Positions 12,241-26,679 of a stretch of DNA of 64,000 bases are shown one piece after another. The stretch is from Malacoraja senta (lineage: Eukaryota), in contig CM075996.1 of assembly GCA_038087875.1 (NCBI GenBank), positions 4,528,001 to 4,592,000 on the forward strand, written 5' to 3'. The translations under genes and the position numbers were made by a program. Each line of letters begins with the position of its first letter. Position 1 is the first letter of the stretch. The notes beneath the pieces were generated by a model that saw only the letters and a list, made by a program, of their open reading frames with translations, was not told where the DNA came from and did no database searches.

Positions 12241-14512
12241 AGTGGTAGGACGTAGGTGAAGTTGATGAGAATGTGCGGAGAATTAAAACATGTACTCGTA
12301 TAAGATTAGTGTAAATGGGTGGTTGATGATCAGCATTGGATCATGGGCCAAAGTGCCTGCTTGTGTTTTTCTCAATGACACTAATGTCAATCTTCAACTG
12401 ATCTGCATGGGGTGGAAGACCCCAGGTTGAATTCTGGTCTTGTGTTGGGTGACTTCAGCAATGGTCACACTTATTGGCTACCGTATTTCTGGGTGACAGT
12501 GAGGTGAGGAAGGGAGGGAAATCAGTTGGTACTTACAGTCCTGATTGTTATATAGCACCCCTACCAGGTTGATGAATGGGTGGATTTCTCTTCAGCACAG
12601 GTTGGTTCCCACCCATATTGTCAGATACACCATATTCTGTAAAACACTGTTTCCAGCCTCAATGATCAGCTGTTGGCCATGGATAGAGAAATAAGAAACT
12701 AGATGACTAGAAATACTAAACTGTTTTTCAAGAATATAAATGTTTGCTTCTGAAAAAATATAATGCAAGAATTGTGCCATATTGGTTGCGATTTAAAATA
12801 AGCTGCTTAAGACTAATGCTGATCTCTGCTGTGTTGGTATGAAAAGTATATGATCCATAAATACTCTTTCACTGCTTTCACAGCAATAATTAACCTGACC
12901 ACAGACAGTGGTTTTATGAAGTAATAGGCATGAGTAAGAGAATAACAGGGGAAAGAAAATTTAAACTATCACAATAAACTTTGGGCCTCAGTTTCTAACC
13001 AGATAGATGAAACAACAGTTCCTTCCCTCTCAAGCCTTTTTGTCTCAAGTCAGAAACATGGAAGCATTACTAAAGTTCAATCTTCCTTTTGCTACTAGAC
13101 TGTTTCCGCAATCCTGGTATTTTACCCTAGATTCAAGAAGAGTTCCACAAGACAAGCAGCAGCTGTAATTCCACGCTGATTGAGAACACTTAGCCAACAC
13201 TCAAAAGGATTTGTTGCATGTTAAATTAAAATATCTAACCGTATAATCACGGGAAGTAAATGGGTATTATAATGTGGAGAATTGGATTTTTAAATAGTAA
13301 GCAGGAGGGCCCAGTCAATACAGATGGGCATATAATCCTAATACTTGTATGCAACTTGTAATACTTGTATACATTTTACCCTTTCTGCCCTAAAGCAGAA
13401 AGTGAGTGTTTTGACTGAGTGGTCACTGAATGAAACATTAACTCAATTTTCTGACAAATGTTGCAGGATCTACTGAGCACTTCCAGAAACTTATTTTTAT
13501 TTCAAATTTCCAAGATCAATAGAATTGTAATTTTGTGTTGTGATGGTTGTGTGATTTACAACTTTATCACTGCTATTCTGCCAAAATGGGGAGTGATGCA
13601 GCTTTAGTCATTTGACTTCAGCACTATGGGACATAGTGATATGGGAGCTGTCTCTGTCATGTGCAGACAGATGACATTTGTTTATCTTGGTATCATATTT
13701 GGCACAGACATTGTGAGCCAAAGGACCTGTTCCTGTGTTGTATTTTTCTATGTTCTGAGCAGTCTGGCAAATTGGAACATCTATTCCAGAACACAACAAG
13801 AAAACAGACGCAGATCTGAATGACCCTATCCAACAGGATGAGACCCATCCATCAACATCAGAGAAATAGGAACATTCATGAAGGTAAAATGGAAAATACC
13901 AGGTCATGCAACATCTATGGAGTGAGAAACAAAGTTAATGTTTCAGTTAGTGATGTATTTTTTAATCAGTGCTAGTGAATCCCATTGTACAAGTTGACAC
14001 CAACAGCAAATACTCTGAAGTCGACACTACTTCTTGGAACTGCTGGACAGAGATCGAGAACCTGCTCTAAGATGTGGTACATGTGGAATCCTTGCCTGAA
14101 CAGTGAACAATGTAAAGCTAGCCTGCATGTGAGTGTGGGAGGGCTATCATTTACTGAATAGAAATACATGTGGCGTAGCCGGCATTAGAAATTGTGAGTG
14201 AGGTGGAAGAGCAAAACAATTGCCCAGATCACAGCAAAGCTGCAATTGACCAGTTTGAGAATTCTGCACAATGGGGAAGATGTAGTTCAGTTTTCAATGT
14301 AACATTAAAATCTCTTTGCATTTTGCATAAAGTGTGTACAATTCAGCTTTCCTTATTTATCCACTGTGCAAAAAACTTAATCCAGAATCTTTCTGTGTGT
14401 TAAAGATGTCAGCGTGAAATAGAATGGATCTGAAATCCCCTTAAACTGTTCGTCTTGGATATTTCTTTTGATATTTAACAAATGTCTATTTTTTAAAGTA
14501 GTCTCTTAGATC

Positions 14513-17500
14513 ATGGATGTTCTGCAGATCTGTGTGATTGTGATCAGCATGTGTTTCACTGCATTCAGACCTTCCATTGGTCAAAAGCAAAACTTCGATT
14601 CAAGTCTAGAGATCTGTATCCTTTGTGGCAATGATGGGCTTTGTAAGCTCGATAATCTTCTCAAACTTACTGGAAAGTCAAGACAAACATGCCAAAAACT
14701 AGCCTCCTGAAACAGCAAGAGTGCAGTGGATTAAGGTGCAGTGACCATTTCAGGTACAGCTCCAGCCCATGCGTGCAACTAGAACTCCATTTGTATAAGA
14801 TGTCTAAATGTCGTTTAAAAGCTAGCATCATCATTCCCTATTTGCTCAATATCAATTCCTAGCATTGTAAACCAAAGCTGATACACACTAAGGTTGAATG
14901 TTTGCCCCAAATTGAGTTTCAGACTTCAATTGTGTTCCAATGACTAAGAATGACTGTTTTTACTTCCAGACCCAGCTGCATCCGAGGTTATATCAAGACT
15001 TGTCTATTCCATTGCAATTCCAACTGGTCTTTGGCATTCAATCCTTTTCAACGTGGAAACCACTCAAATCTGCTAAATATTCCTAACTCACACCGAACCC
15101 CAATCCCATTACTTTCGTGCACACTGATCAACAGTTAAGCAACGTCTCGGTTTTAAAATTCTCGTCTTTGTTCTCAAAGCCTCCCATGGCCTTGCCCTCC
15201 TCCAACTCTTTGTAACTTGCAGTGAATTTCCCCATATTACTTGCTCTGTTGGTAAACGTGCCTTCACCTGCCAGGGCATTAAACTCTGGAAGTCCTTGCT
15301 TAAATATCCTTGCCTTGACGCCCCTCTTTACTCCTTTAAAACCTATCTCTTTGCCCACTCTTTGATTATGTTCTGATTTATTTTGTGTGATAAAGCACCC
15401 TGTAATATCTTTTCTGTATTTTATGCAAACAGAAGTAGTTATTGGGTGAAGAGAGAATTGCAACGTTGGGGTTAAGTTGCTGAGCTAGCCAGAGGGCTGA
15501 GCCTTGATGACAGGCACGAGTTTAAATCGCACATTGGCAACTGGGGAATATAAGTTTAATTAAATAAGGAAATTTTGATATCTAAAACAAAAGCTAGTTT
15601 CAGTAACATTAATTGTAAAATGTTTGGATTGTCAGAAAACCCCACCTGCTTCACCATTGTGCTTTAGGGAAGAAAATCCACTGTCCTTATCTATCGTGGC
15701 AAGAGGTTGACTCTTATCTGCCTTCTCACTTCAGGGGCAATTGGGAATAGATGATAAACACTGACATATCCAGCGATGTTCATATTCTGTGAACGAATAA
15801 ATAAAGAAAAATTTCTAAACTGTGTTTCTGAATATTTTCCTGAACAACACTGGTCTTTAGATAGGAAGTTGTTTGAAACTAAACGCAAAGACCAGATGCA
15901 TGCATTGAAGAACATGATTGAATTAAATGATATAAATCAACAATACAAGATTATTGACATCATGTTGAAAGGATTATTCAAGGTGAGCAAAGAGAATTAG
16001 CTAGGATAAATTCCACAAACTTTATTAAGGTGCCTGCCACAAACTATGTAACCAGACCAAGATTCCCCCTGGCCACTCTGAGGCCAACCAAGACAGTTTG
16101 CATACATTTGCCCAATCCGACCATACATATCCCATCATCTAAACCACCTACATGACACCATCTTTCCCTGAGCTTGGATACTCCTGACACCATGGTTTTG
16201 TTACATCTAGTCTGTACTAGGATTCTAATGGGCTTTCTCTATTTACATCCTCCGTAGATTTTGAGTTCTTTTAAAATTCTGTTGCCTATCCTAATTTCCA
16301 TCGTCTGTTCATCAGCACCTTTGGTTAGTTGATTATAGCTCTTGGTCAAGCTAAGAGTTAATTGTAAAATGTTCTTTCTTTTAAAAAAAATCCCTTCATG
16401 TCTATCTCTCAGCCCTACATCTTTCTGGGATTTCTCCTTTCTCTGGTTCTGGCCTCTTATGTGTCTCCATTTTCTTTGAAACTCTCCATCACTGTTAGCT
16501 ATTCTTCCAAAGGCTGGTGACTAAGCTCTGAAACATGCTTGCTAATTTACTCCAAGTTTATTATTTCCTCTTGTTTAAGATGTTCGTCTACATTGCTGTT
16601 CTGCTATCTCATGTTGTGGAATGTCAAATATTGTTTGGAAATGCTACAGATGTCCCACTTTATATGTTATACATGGAATATTAATGCAATTTCTAAACGG
16701 CACATCATTGAGTCTCATTGTACTCGTTCTCACCCAGCAAACAGCTAACAATGGCCTGTTTCCTTTATCATCGTTACTTTTTTTGCATATTTTTCATTAA
16801 TTTGTTCTATATCTCTCTACATCATTGTCTATATCTCTCATTTCCCTTTCCCTTCTCAGTCTGAAGAAGGGTCTCGACCCGAAACATCACCTATTCCTTT
16901 TCTCCAGAGATGCTGTCTGACTCTGAGTTACTCCAGCCTTTTGTGTCTATCTTCAGTTTAAACCAGCATCTGCAGTTCCTTCCTACACATTGATCCAACT
17001 CCTTCCTCAGTCGATCCACACTATTCCTATTGATCATTGTGCAAAAAGTAATCCACTGTATTTTCTCCACGGCCCTGTCAGTAAACAAGGCAAACTGTTT
17101 ACTCTGTGAACTGCAGTATGCTCTCACTTCCTCTCCCCCATGCAGAACAAGAATAGAGTTCCCCAAGTCCTCACCTTTCAGATTCCACATTAAACATAAT
17201 TCTCTAATATTCACCTTCAACATGATTCCACCACTGGTCACATCCTCTCATCACCAATCCTTTCCACTTTCCGTAGAGACTTGATAGAGCTCCTGGTTGC
17301 TAATAATTTAATTCCCTTTCCTAAAACAACCTTCCTGTTCTTGCCCTCCTCCATTCACAGAGTGAGGCCACACGCAAACTGGAAGAAAAGTCATATTCTA
17401 CAACCCAATGACATGAACATTGAATTCTCCAATTTTAAGGAATACGCCCTGCCTCTCCTACCCTGATGTGCACACATTTCTCCCACCACTCTTCTTCAGC

Positions 17501-20500
17501 CTTCTCCTTATCCCTCCTCCCTGTGTTCATCTCCCACCCCCGTCCCCAGTTCCCTTTAATCCCACCTCTTTATCCCCCCCCCCCCAGCCCCCACCTATAT
17601 TCTTCCCTCCAGCTTTCAATTTCACTCTAATTCTTTCCTCATCTGATACGTTTTTGTTTCCTTTTCACATCAAGCCTTTGTTTACTCCAATCACCTCCCC
17701 CCTCATCTGTATTTACTACCTGCTATCATTTGCCAGGCTGGACTCCATCCCCACCTCGTTTTTCCAGCTTTCTCCCCTTCCTCTATTAGTCTGAAGATCC
17801 TGACCCAATCTATAGTCTAAATGTCACTTTTGCCAGAGTGAGGCAAACGGGAGGAACAGCACCTCATATTCCACTTGGGTCATTTACACCCACAACATAA
17901 GAATATCGAACTCTCCAATTTTAGATAACCTCTTTCAACCAACCCACCCCCCCCCCCTTCCCTCCACTTTAGCCCCAATAACTACCTTTGTTTTCCCTAT
18001 TTAAACCAAGCTCATAAGTTAGCAACAATCAGTCTAAAAGAAAGAAATCTTAATAAAAATGGGACACCATGAAAGGATGCTGTCACTAAAATCATTTCTT
18101 CATAACTGGTTTAAAAAGAAGTTGGAAAAAAATCAGTTGAAACACATTTTGATTTTTGTGCATTCCAGGTACTAGAAGACTCCAAGTCGATACTGATTGG
18201 TGCTGATGTACAAGCTGATGGACCACTACCTCATGATGAGAAACTCAAAGATGGTGGATATAGTTTGAATAAACTTTTCCTTATGTTATGCTCTGTATGA
18301 AACAAAATGATTTACAAAATTTCATTTGTCCTTTGCTTGTGAGAGAAGTAGTCATGGGCCAGTGTTGCCGCTTGACCCCGAGTCAGAACGTTGTGGTACA
18401 CGTCTCACTCTAGATTTCAGCATCTGTTCCAAGCTGATACACTTGCAGTGAATAGCAGCATTCCCTGAGGTGGCTCGATTGTAATCATGTATGGTCTTTC
18501 CACTGACTGGTTAGCATGCAACAAAAGCTTTTCACTGTACCTTGGTACATGTGTCAATACACTAAACTATCCTTTCAGGCTTGAGCTGCTGGGGACTACT
18601 TTAATTGACCAGAAAAGGATTATTTGAGAATGTTTTAATTATGCAGTGAAAAGGGTAAAACTGCTTGGTAGGCTGGTGATGATGATTCATTGATTTCAAA
18701 GGACCAGAAAGTGGGAAGAGAAAGATAGTGAAGGAGCTGACCAGTTGGTTACAACACTCCAGCGCTTTCTGTAATCCTCCAAACGTCCCTTTTCCCAACT
18801 AAGCAAGTAGTTTCAATGGGCCCATTTCTATATTGATTGGATTCTAGATTAGTCTAAGTGTCCAAAGCAATGGAAGGGAAAACAAGTTACAATCTCCATG
18901 TCTGATCATTATTCTCACTGGCATCTACTGGGAGTCTACTTGCTAACAGTATTGCAATTTCATCCAACGAACTCCTGCAGTTTAACAATGGTCAGTGTGT
19001 TCTCCAGAACTAATTAGAAATGGAGAATAACTCCCAAACTTACCAGCAGCAACCACAATTTAAGAATGAGTTAAAATTACTGGATGTAAATATTAGCTGA
19101 TTATGTTCAGCTGAATAAGGATCTCGACCCGAAATGTCACCCATTCCTTCTCCTCAGAGATGCTGCCTGTCCGCTGAGTTACTCCAGCATTTTGCGTCTA
19201 TCTTCGGTTTAAACCAGCATCTGCAGTTCCTTCCTATACATGTTCAGCTATCATTTCTGCTACAGTTGATAAAACGATCAACTGTAGCAGATATGATAGA
19301 TGAACATGTAAACCGATCCACTGTACCTCGAACAGAAAAAGGATGTGTTTCCATTGCATCTCCCTTCATTATTAGGGGGATTGTAATCTACGTATTGTCT
19401 TCTGGATGCCAGCACTTTCAGGAGCTTTAGTAAAGCTCACATGTGGAGTTCAATATATGGAATTTATAATTATATTTGCAAATTTGAATATTTTATTATC
19501 TGACATATTATCCGATATATTATTTCCAAACTGATACAAATAAATCTTTCTAACAGCCAATCCTGATTTGCTTTTCAGCTTATTCACACATTGTTGAAAA
19601 CACAGCCTTCTTTGGGGATGTAGCACTGCGTTTCCCTAAGATTGTCCACTATTACTATGACCGAAACTCTAACTGGAACAACCTAATCCGATGGGGAATC
19701 AGTTTCTGTAACCAAACAGGAGTTTTTGATGAAGGTCCTCACACTCAGCTTCTGAATCTGGTGAGCAAAAATATGTGTTTAAAGGGTTTGTTTTTAATGG
19801 AACCATTTGCATAGATGTTGTGTTTAGATACAAATTCTGGAGGAATTATACTCAGTGTAAAAGGAAAGTCAACCATCAATCTGAAGAAAAGATAACTGGC
19901 ACCACCTAGTGAAAGATTGTAGAACTGCCATCTGCCAAATAACTGAATTTAGTTTTTAGTGATACACCTTGGAAACAGGCCCTAGAACCCACCTGTCAAC
20001 CATCGATCACCCGCTCACTCTAGTTCTATATTATTCCACTTTCTCACCCACCCCCTACAAACTTGGGGCAATTTACAGAGGCCAATTAACCCACAAACCC
20101 ACAGGTCTTTGAGATGTGGGAGGAAATAGGAGCACCCGGAGTAATCCCACAGGGAGAACATGCAAACTCCACACTAGAGCACCAGAGGTTAAGATCGAAC
20201 CCGGGTCTCTGGTGCACTGAGGCAGCAGCTTTGCCAGCAGCACAATTTTTTGAAAAACAATTTATTTACATAACTTGTGTTGATGTGCTACATTCAGCCA
20301 ACTGCCCCAAACGGTCAACTGGCCAATTAAAACATGTATGCTCTACACAAACCTCCATGCACCTTTCTTCATCTAACCCTATTATTGTACACGTCTGCGC
20401 AGCAGGTTAGGGCTTCTGCCTCACAACACCAAAGAACGGGTTCAGTCCTGACTGGGTGCTGTGTGTGTGTGGAGTTTGCAAATTTTCTCTGTGCATGTGG

Positions 20501-22760
20501 GTTTCTAGGTATCCTCCCTGCCCTGTAGATATGGTTTGGTAGGTTAATTGGCCTTTGTAAATTGCCTCTGATCTGTAGGTGAATGGTGGTATCCGTAAGG
20601 AGTTGATGGCACATTGGGGAGACTAAAAAGTAGGGTAACTGAGATTAGATTAAATGGGTGATTGATAGTGATCAATGGGGGCACTAATGCCGGCAAAATA
20701 TAACGTGGGTTGGCAATCAAATATATCCATGTGATGGAATTCTGAGATTTTTATTTCTAATGAAAGATCTTAGAAATATTTATTTTCAGACCAAATTCTT
20801 TTCAGTAATTTTTATTTCTAATTTCCCACTCAGATTATTTAAATCCATGCAATCTGTTGGTTATCATGGCAATAGTTTGAGATGCAGGATAGAAAATACA
20901 GCATTTACAACATGCTTTTTATTTGTTTCCCTGATCAACAGATGGCACAGGAGCTTGGGATCAATGAAAAATCTCCTGACTATAAAAATCCATTTAAAGA
21001 TGAGGACGATGATGTAAGTACAGTAATAATTGTCTGTTTTTCCACTGTTCATTTTTTTCTACTTGCTTTTCTTCTATTATTTCCCCTCTGGATATTTGTA
21101 GTCACTTGCTAAAGCACTTCAAGTTTGAATTGTTTTGTTGGTTAAAACAGATATTATAAATCTGGAAACAGATTGCTTATGACCAAGCTGTTGAGGGGCA
21201 TCATAAAGATGTTGGAAATGAAAAGTGAAGATGTTCAAGAGGCCAGAATTAGAGAAGCACTAATAATCCCACAATTCTGTGTGGGTGGACAAAATTGATA
21301 AAGAAGCAAAACCACAAAAGGATTTCAAAATAAGGTTGAGAATTTTCTAAAACTGGAACTAATTATCAGCACAGTTGAATGATGAATGGAACTCTGTGGA
21401 AGTTATAGATTTCTTGAGTCATATAGTAAAGAAACAAGCACTTCATCCTACCATGTCCATGCCGATCATCGGGTACAGGTCTATACTAATCCTATTCTGC
21501 TCGTCACCTTTTTATGCCGTAAATATTTAAGTGCTCATACAGATCCTTATTAAATTTTGTGAGTCTCTGCCTCTACCACTCTCCCTCAGACTGCCACTCA
21601 CATGCCAAGTACCTTATGCAGAGAAAAAAAAATCTTCCTCAAAATCTAGGTAAACCTATCATACTTTACTTTTGCCCTCTAGTTTTATACGTTTCTACTA
21701 TGGAGAAAAGAAAAGCCAAGTCAAAGCGAGTTTATTGTTATGTACACAAGTACAGTGAGGTACAGGTACAATGAACATTTTGGTTGCAGCAGCACCATGG
21801 ACTCAAACATACAAAAATAAATTCTAATTAAATTACACATAAAATGTCTAAAAGACTGCAAAAACAAAAATACATCAATTGAAAACACAATTAGAAGAAA
21901 ACACAAGTGCAAGAGGTGAACCATAATCTTCTGTTATTGAGGTAAGATAAGAGTTGTGCTGGTTGGTCAAGAACCTGTTAGTTGTGGGAACATAGTCGTT
22001 TTTGGTGGTGTAGGACGTCAGGTATCTGCTACGGCATAAAGAGATAGGGTTGTAGGAAGCTTATGTGGGACATAAAACCTTTATTCCAGTTGGGCTGAAT
22101 TACTTGTTTCTCAGGTGTAACTGTCATGTAATTACTGTTGTAGTAATACATGTAAAGACAACTGCATCTTTCAAGTAATTTCTTACATGTGACATATTTT
22201 GTGACCGTTCAGAAATTATTTTCAATAACATAATTTTGTGTTGGTCTTTTTTTCAGTTATTTGGTTGTTCCATAATGCAGTGACTTTGCCATAACACAGA
22301 ATTAATTGTTATACTTTCATATTTTGTCCAATTACGTGCTTAGTCTGGCTATGCTTTTCAAATGTCAGAAGTCATTGTCCACAAACAACATATATGTGAT
22401 GAGCTTCAACATCGCATCCAAAGCTGCAAGGCCTTATTGTTTCCCTCAAACTAACAAAATGTTTCATAGTTTGTTTACTGTTAATGGGACAAATGATTTG
22501 CTGTTGTGATCAGCCTATAAATCAGTAACCAGCAAAGCTACAATAACACCAAGAGAGCTACATTTGGGTTGAGTAATATTAAAAAAATATAAATCAGATT
22601 TGCAAGTTGATCCACTGTAATTTGTATTTTACAGTTTATCGAGACTACTGATGCCTTTCGTAAAGCCTTTAAGGATGAGGAGAAAAGGAGAAAAAAAGAA
22701 GATAAGAGGAAGGAGCTTCGAAAAGGGCCAAGAATTTCAAAGACTAGATCTGAATTATGA
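14513..22760 (+). CDS. CCDC134: Coiled-coil domain-containing protein 134, complete CDS, 229 aa; exons 14513-14615, 15861-15982, 18169-18253, 19579-19760, 20942-21013, 22635-22760
   Basis: Exons total 690 nt in phase (1,0,1,0,0). Protein: signal-peptide-like [18 protein letters not shown], then [106 protein letters not shown]. Matches recalled vertebrate CCDC134, including a KDEL-like C-terminus and adjacency to SREBF2. Confidence 0.95.
14616..15860 (+). other. U12-type (minor spliceosome) GT-AG intron of CCDC134
   Basis: 5' splice site GTATCCTTT is the U12 consensus; branch-like TTCCTGAAC at 15837-15845 close to the AG; no long polypyrimidine tract. Confidence 0.85.
16859..16989 (+). mobile_element. 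Penelope-type terminal repeat unit with hammerhead-like core
   Basis: GTCTGAAGAAGGGTCTCGACCCGAAACATC followed by the family body. Confidence 0.7.
17080..17930 (+). mobile_element. Degenerate Penelope-like element fragments (end of GIY-YIG endonuclease region plus pyrimidine-rich 3' UTR)
   Basis: Similar to the end of the 31846-32685 ORF (..AAACTGGAAGAA..ATGAACATTGAATTCTCCAATTTT, reading MNIEFSNF), present twice. Confidence 0.6.
19111..19239 (+). mobile_element. Short Penelope-derived unit with degenerate hammerhead core, 10-bp flanking duplication
   Basis: ATGTTCAGCT at 19103-19112 and 19240-19249. Confidence 0.65.
19950..20240 (-). mobile_element. tRNA-derived V-SINE/HE1-like SINE
   Basis: Reverse complement of the SINE at 61262-61557; an older + copy follows at about 20393-20660. 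Confidence 0.7.
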
Positions 22761-23126
22761 CCACTGAGCAATATGACAATTGCTAAAACTGTTACTATAC
22801 TGTTGACTGGAGCTGCTACAAATATTTCATTGCCACCAATACTTATACAAGGTTGAAGAAAATTATTTCAAGATGGTGGTAGCCTTTATGTATTTGCCAT
22901 CATTGGAGCTGCTACCTTTAATTGAAAGAAGCAGTGTCATCAAGCCTGCATTTGTTTTGATTCATGTAAATAAAATAGGTCTGAATTACTGAATGTAATT
23001 CCTGAAATGCTGGTGAAAATCCCAGTATCTGAGCTGTTCCATGACTGTTAAATAATGAATCTAAATATAAGCAGGTACCAACGCTATTGTGCAGTAGAGG
23101 TTGAACTTTTGGTTTTACAATTTCAC

Positions 23127-23132
23127 AATAAA
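23127..23132 (+). terminator. Candidate polyadenylation signal of CCDC134 (others near 22969 and 23983)
   Basis: AATAAA downstream of the stop codon at 22760. Confidence 0.3.
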
Positions 23133-23265
23133 AAGCAGGGGTGTAAAAAATATGAATGATCTTAAATACTGACAGATTTCTTCAATCCCATGCAGTACAC
23201 ATATAATAGTACTCATAGGCTGAATGTTCCAATTCTACGGTCACCAAATGAGATTTTCAGTTTAT

Positions 23266-23395
23266 TTAAAATAATGAATGATATTGTGCATCTGATATAA
23301 TGCATTTATGATATTATGCATTATTAAAATAATGAATGATATGATGATATGCATCTGATATGCATTATTAAAATAATGAATGGTATTATGCATCT
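23266..23395. repeat. AT-rich imperfect tandem repeat
   Basis: TTAAAATAATGAATG..ATGCAT unit repeated three times. Confidence 0.75.
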
Positions 23396-24413
23396 CCATA
23401 TATAGGGAGTCCTTTTCCACAACTTTTTTGCCTCTATAAGATATTTTGCAAAACCTACCTCTGTTCTAATATGTATATGGTTTTATGTCAAATTTTACTT
23501 GATAAACTCCTGCTATGATGCTTGGGATGTATATAAAGGTTAGCCAGGTAAATTTTTGAAGAGCCAAATAATTATTCAATACGTCTGATTTGGACAGAAA
23601 AGAATGTAAACATTTAATGCTGCCAACATTCATCCCAGAACCTCAAGGTTTAGGATATTATCTGTGTGGAATTAAAACAAAACATTTTGGTAATACTCAG
23701 CATATCAGGCAGCATCTATGGAGGGAGAACCAGGAAAAGGTTGTGTTTCCCGTTATTCTCTTCATAACTTACATAAATTACAAAGTGCCTCTTCAATGTC
23801 TTTGGAATTTCAGAGCACTGTACCAATCTGACTAAAGAATGCAGGTCACAATTGTTTTTACAAATCATGTAATTTACCGGTGCTAGAGAAGTGGTTAGGT
23901 AAAGAAATTATTTTTTGTTAAATGCAAAGAATTCTATTGCTTGCTGACATTTAAGAGGATATGTAGAGTTGAGGGGATAAAGAATAAACGTGATTCATGA
24001 GATTCAAAAAATTACATTTTTATGTTGTCAAACGTTTTATTTTATAAATCTTTTACAGTTCCTTTTTGTTTGAGCCATAATATGCTTTACCATTTACTGC
24101 AACTCATTTTGGCTCAGCCCCCTACCAGTATGGTGGGAAAGAAAGCAAAAAAGAAATACAGTATAGATTTGTTATTAGAATTTGGATTTGAGATCCTTTA
24201 TTAGTTTCACAGTTACAAAGAAATCAAGGGGAAAAATTATCAGCAACTTAAAATTGCATATCATTTAATATAAAGTTTGCCATGACGATGAACACGATGA
24301 AATGGTTTCAGAGCAGAGGCAGAAATGTTATAGAAGTGGAACTGAATAATCTTGAAGTTGGGTACAAAATTCAGTGATAAGAATGTTTGGTGTGGGGAGG
24401 ATGGAGAAATGGT

Positions 24414-26158
24414 TACATAGATACATAGAAAATAGGTGCAGGAGTAGGCCATTCGGCCCTTCGAGCCTGCACCGCCATTCAATATGATCATGGCTGATCA
24501 TCCAACTCAGTATCCCGTACCTGCCTTCTCTCCATACCCCCTGATCCCCTTAGCCACAAGGGCCACATCTAACTCCCTCTTAAATATAGCCAATGAACTG
24601 GCCTCAACTACCCTCTGGCAGAGAGTTCCAGAGATTCACCACTCTCTGTGTGAAAACGTTTTTCCTCATCTCGGTCTTAAAGGATTTCCCCCTTATCCTT
24701 AAGCTGTGACCCCTTGTCCTGGACTTCCCCAACATCGGGAACAATCTTCCTGCATCTAGCCTGTCCAACCCCATAAGAATTTTGTACATTTCTATAAGAT
24801 CCCCTCTCAATCTCCTAAATTCTAGCGAGTATAAGCCAAGTCTATCCAGTCTTTCTTCATATGAAAGTCCTGACATCCCAGGAATCAGTCTGGTGAACCT
24901 TCTCTGCACTCCCTCTATGGCTATAATGTCCTTCCTCAGATTTGGAGACCAAAACTGTACGCAATACTCCAGGTGTGGTCTCACCAAGACCCTGTACAAC
25001 TGCAGTAGAACCTCCCTGCTCCTATACTCAAATCCTCTTGCTATGAAAGCCAACATACCATTCGCTTTCTTCACTGCCTGCTGCACCTGCATGCCTACTT
25101 TCAATGACTGGTGTACCATGACACCCAGGTCTCGCTGCATCTCCCCATTTCCTAATCAGCCACCATTTAGATAACAGTCTGCCTTCCCGTTTTTGCCACC
25201 AAAGTGGATAACCTCACATTTATCCACATTATACTGCATCTGCCAAACATTTGCCCACTCACCCAGCCTATCCAAGTCACCTTGCAGTCTCCTAGCATCC
25301 TCCTCACAGCTAACACTGCCCCCCAGCTTAGTGTCATCCGCAAACTTGGAGATGTTGCTTTCAATTCCCTCATCCAGTTCATTAATATAAATTGTAAATA
25401 GCTGGGGTCCCAGCACTGAGCCTTGCGGTACCCCACTAGTCACTGCCTGCCATTGTGAAAAGGACCCGTTTACTCCTACTCTTTGCTTCCTGTTTGCCAG
25501 CCAGTTCTCTATCCACATCAATACTGAACCCCCAATATCGTGTGATTTAAGTTTGTATCCTAATCTCTTATGTGGTACCTTGTCGAAAGCCTTCTGAAAG
25601 TCCAGATACAACACATCCACTGGTTCTCCCCTATCCACTCTACTAGTTACATCCTCGAAAAATTCTATAAGATTTGTCAGACACGATTTACCTTTCGTAA
25701 ATCCATGCTGACTTTGTCTAATGATTTCACCACTTTCCAAATGTGCTGCTATCCCATCTTTAATAACTGACTCTAGCAGTTTCCCCACTACCGATAGACT
25801 AACTGGTCTGTAATTCCCCGTTTTCTCTCTCCCTCCCTTCTTAAAAGGTGGGGTTACGTTTGCTACCCTCCAATCCTCAGGAACTACTCCAGAATCTAAA
25901 GAGTTTTGAAAAATTATCACTAATGCATCCACTATTGCTGGAGCTACTTCCTTAAGTACTCTGGGATGCAGCCTATCTGGCCCTGGTGATTTATCGGCCT
26001 TTAATCCATTCAATTTACCCAACACCACTTCCCGACTAACCTGGATTTCACTCAGTTCCTCCATCTCCTTTGACCCCTGCTATTTCCGGCAGATTATTTG
26101 TCTTCCTTAGTGAAGACGGAACCAAAGTAGTTATTCAATTGGTCCGCCATATCCTTGT
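24414..26158 (-). mobile_element. 5'-truncated CR1/HER1 LINE, reverse transcriptase pseudogene
   Basis: ORFs 26064-25156 and 25140-24604 are in the same frame, separated by one TGA. RT motifs: KSPGPD, GNYRPVSL, LDFQKAFDKV, GVPQGSVLGP, KFADDTKL. CR1 C-terminus and (CTATGT..)n-type tail at about 24415-24430. Confidence 0.95.
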
Positions 26159-26679
26159 TGAGGAGGAAAAGATGATGGAGATGCTGGCACATGAGTAGGA
26201 GCCAAATACTCAATTTTATTAAAAATAGCATTAAAATGAAATGCATAAGTTACAGATAAACTACAATTAATGTGTTCGCATTTAATTATACAGCGAGGTA
26301 ATTGAAGGGACGAAAAATATTTTTTGATAACAGGAAGAACACAACAGTAATTTTGGGAGACTAGAGAAAATCCACCCGTATCTGATAATTACTACATTGT
26401 TTTGGGAGATTTGTGCAAAGTTTATTAATACAAAGTATTAATGTGGGGCTTAAATAGTTCATTTTTTATTGTGGTTCAGATTGGGATGTTAAGATTATTA
26501 TTAATATTTCTCAAAATTAAGATATTTTAGGTTATTAAAAATATTATCAAGAGATGCTTCAATTTGTGAACTCTACAGAAGCAGCTAAATTAAAAGATGT
26601 TATAAAAACATATTTGAAGTCATAAACCTTTGTGAAAGTTCCTACATAACCTACATATCCAGTCCAGCACACAGATGCA

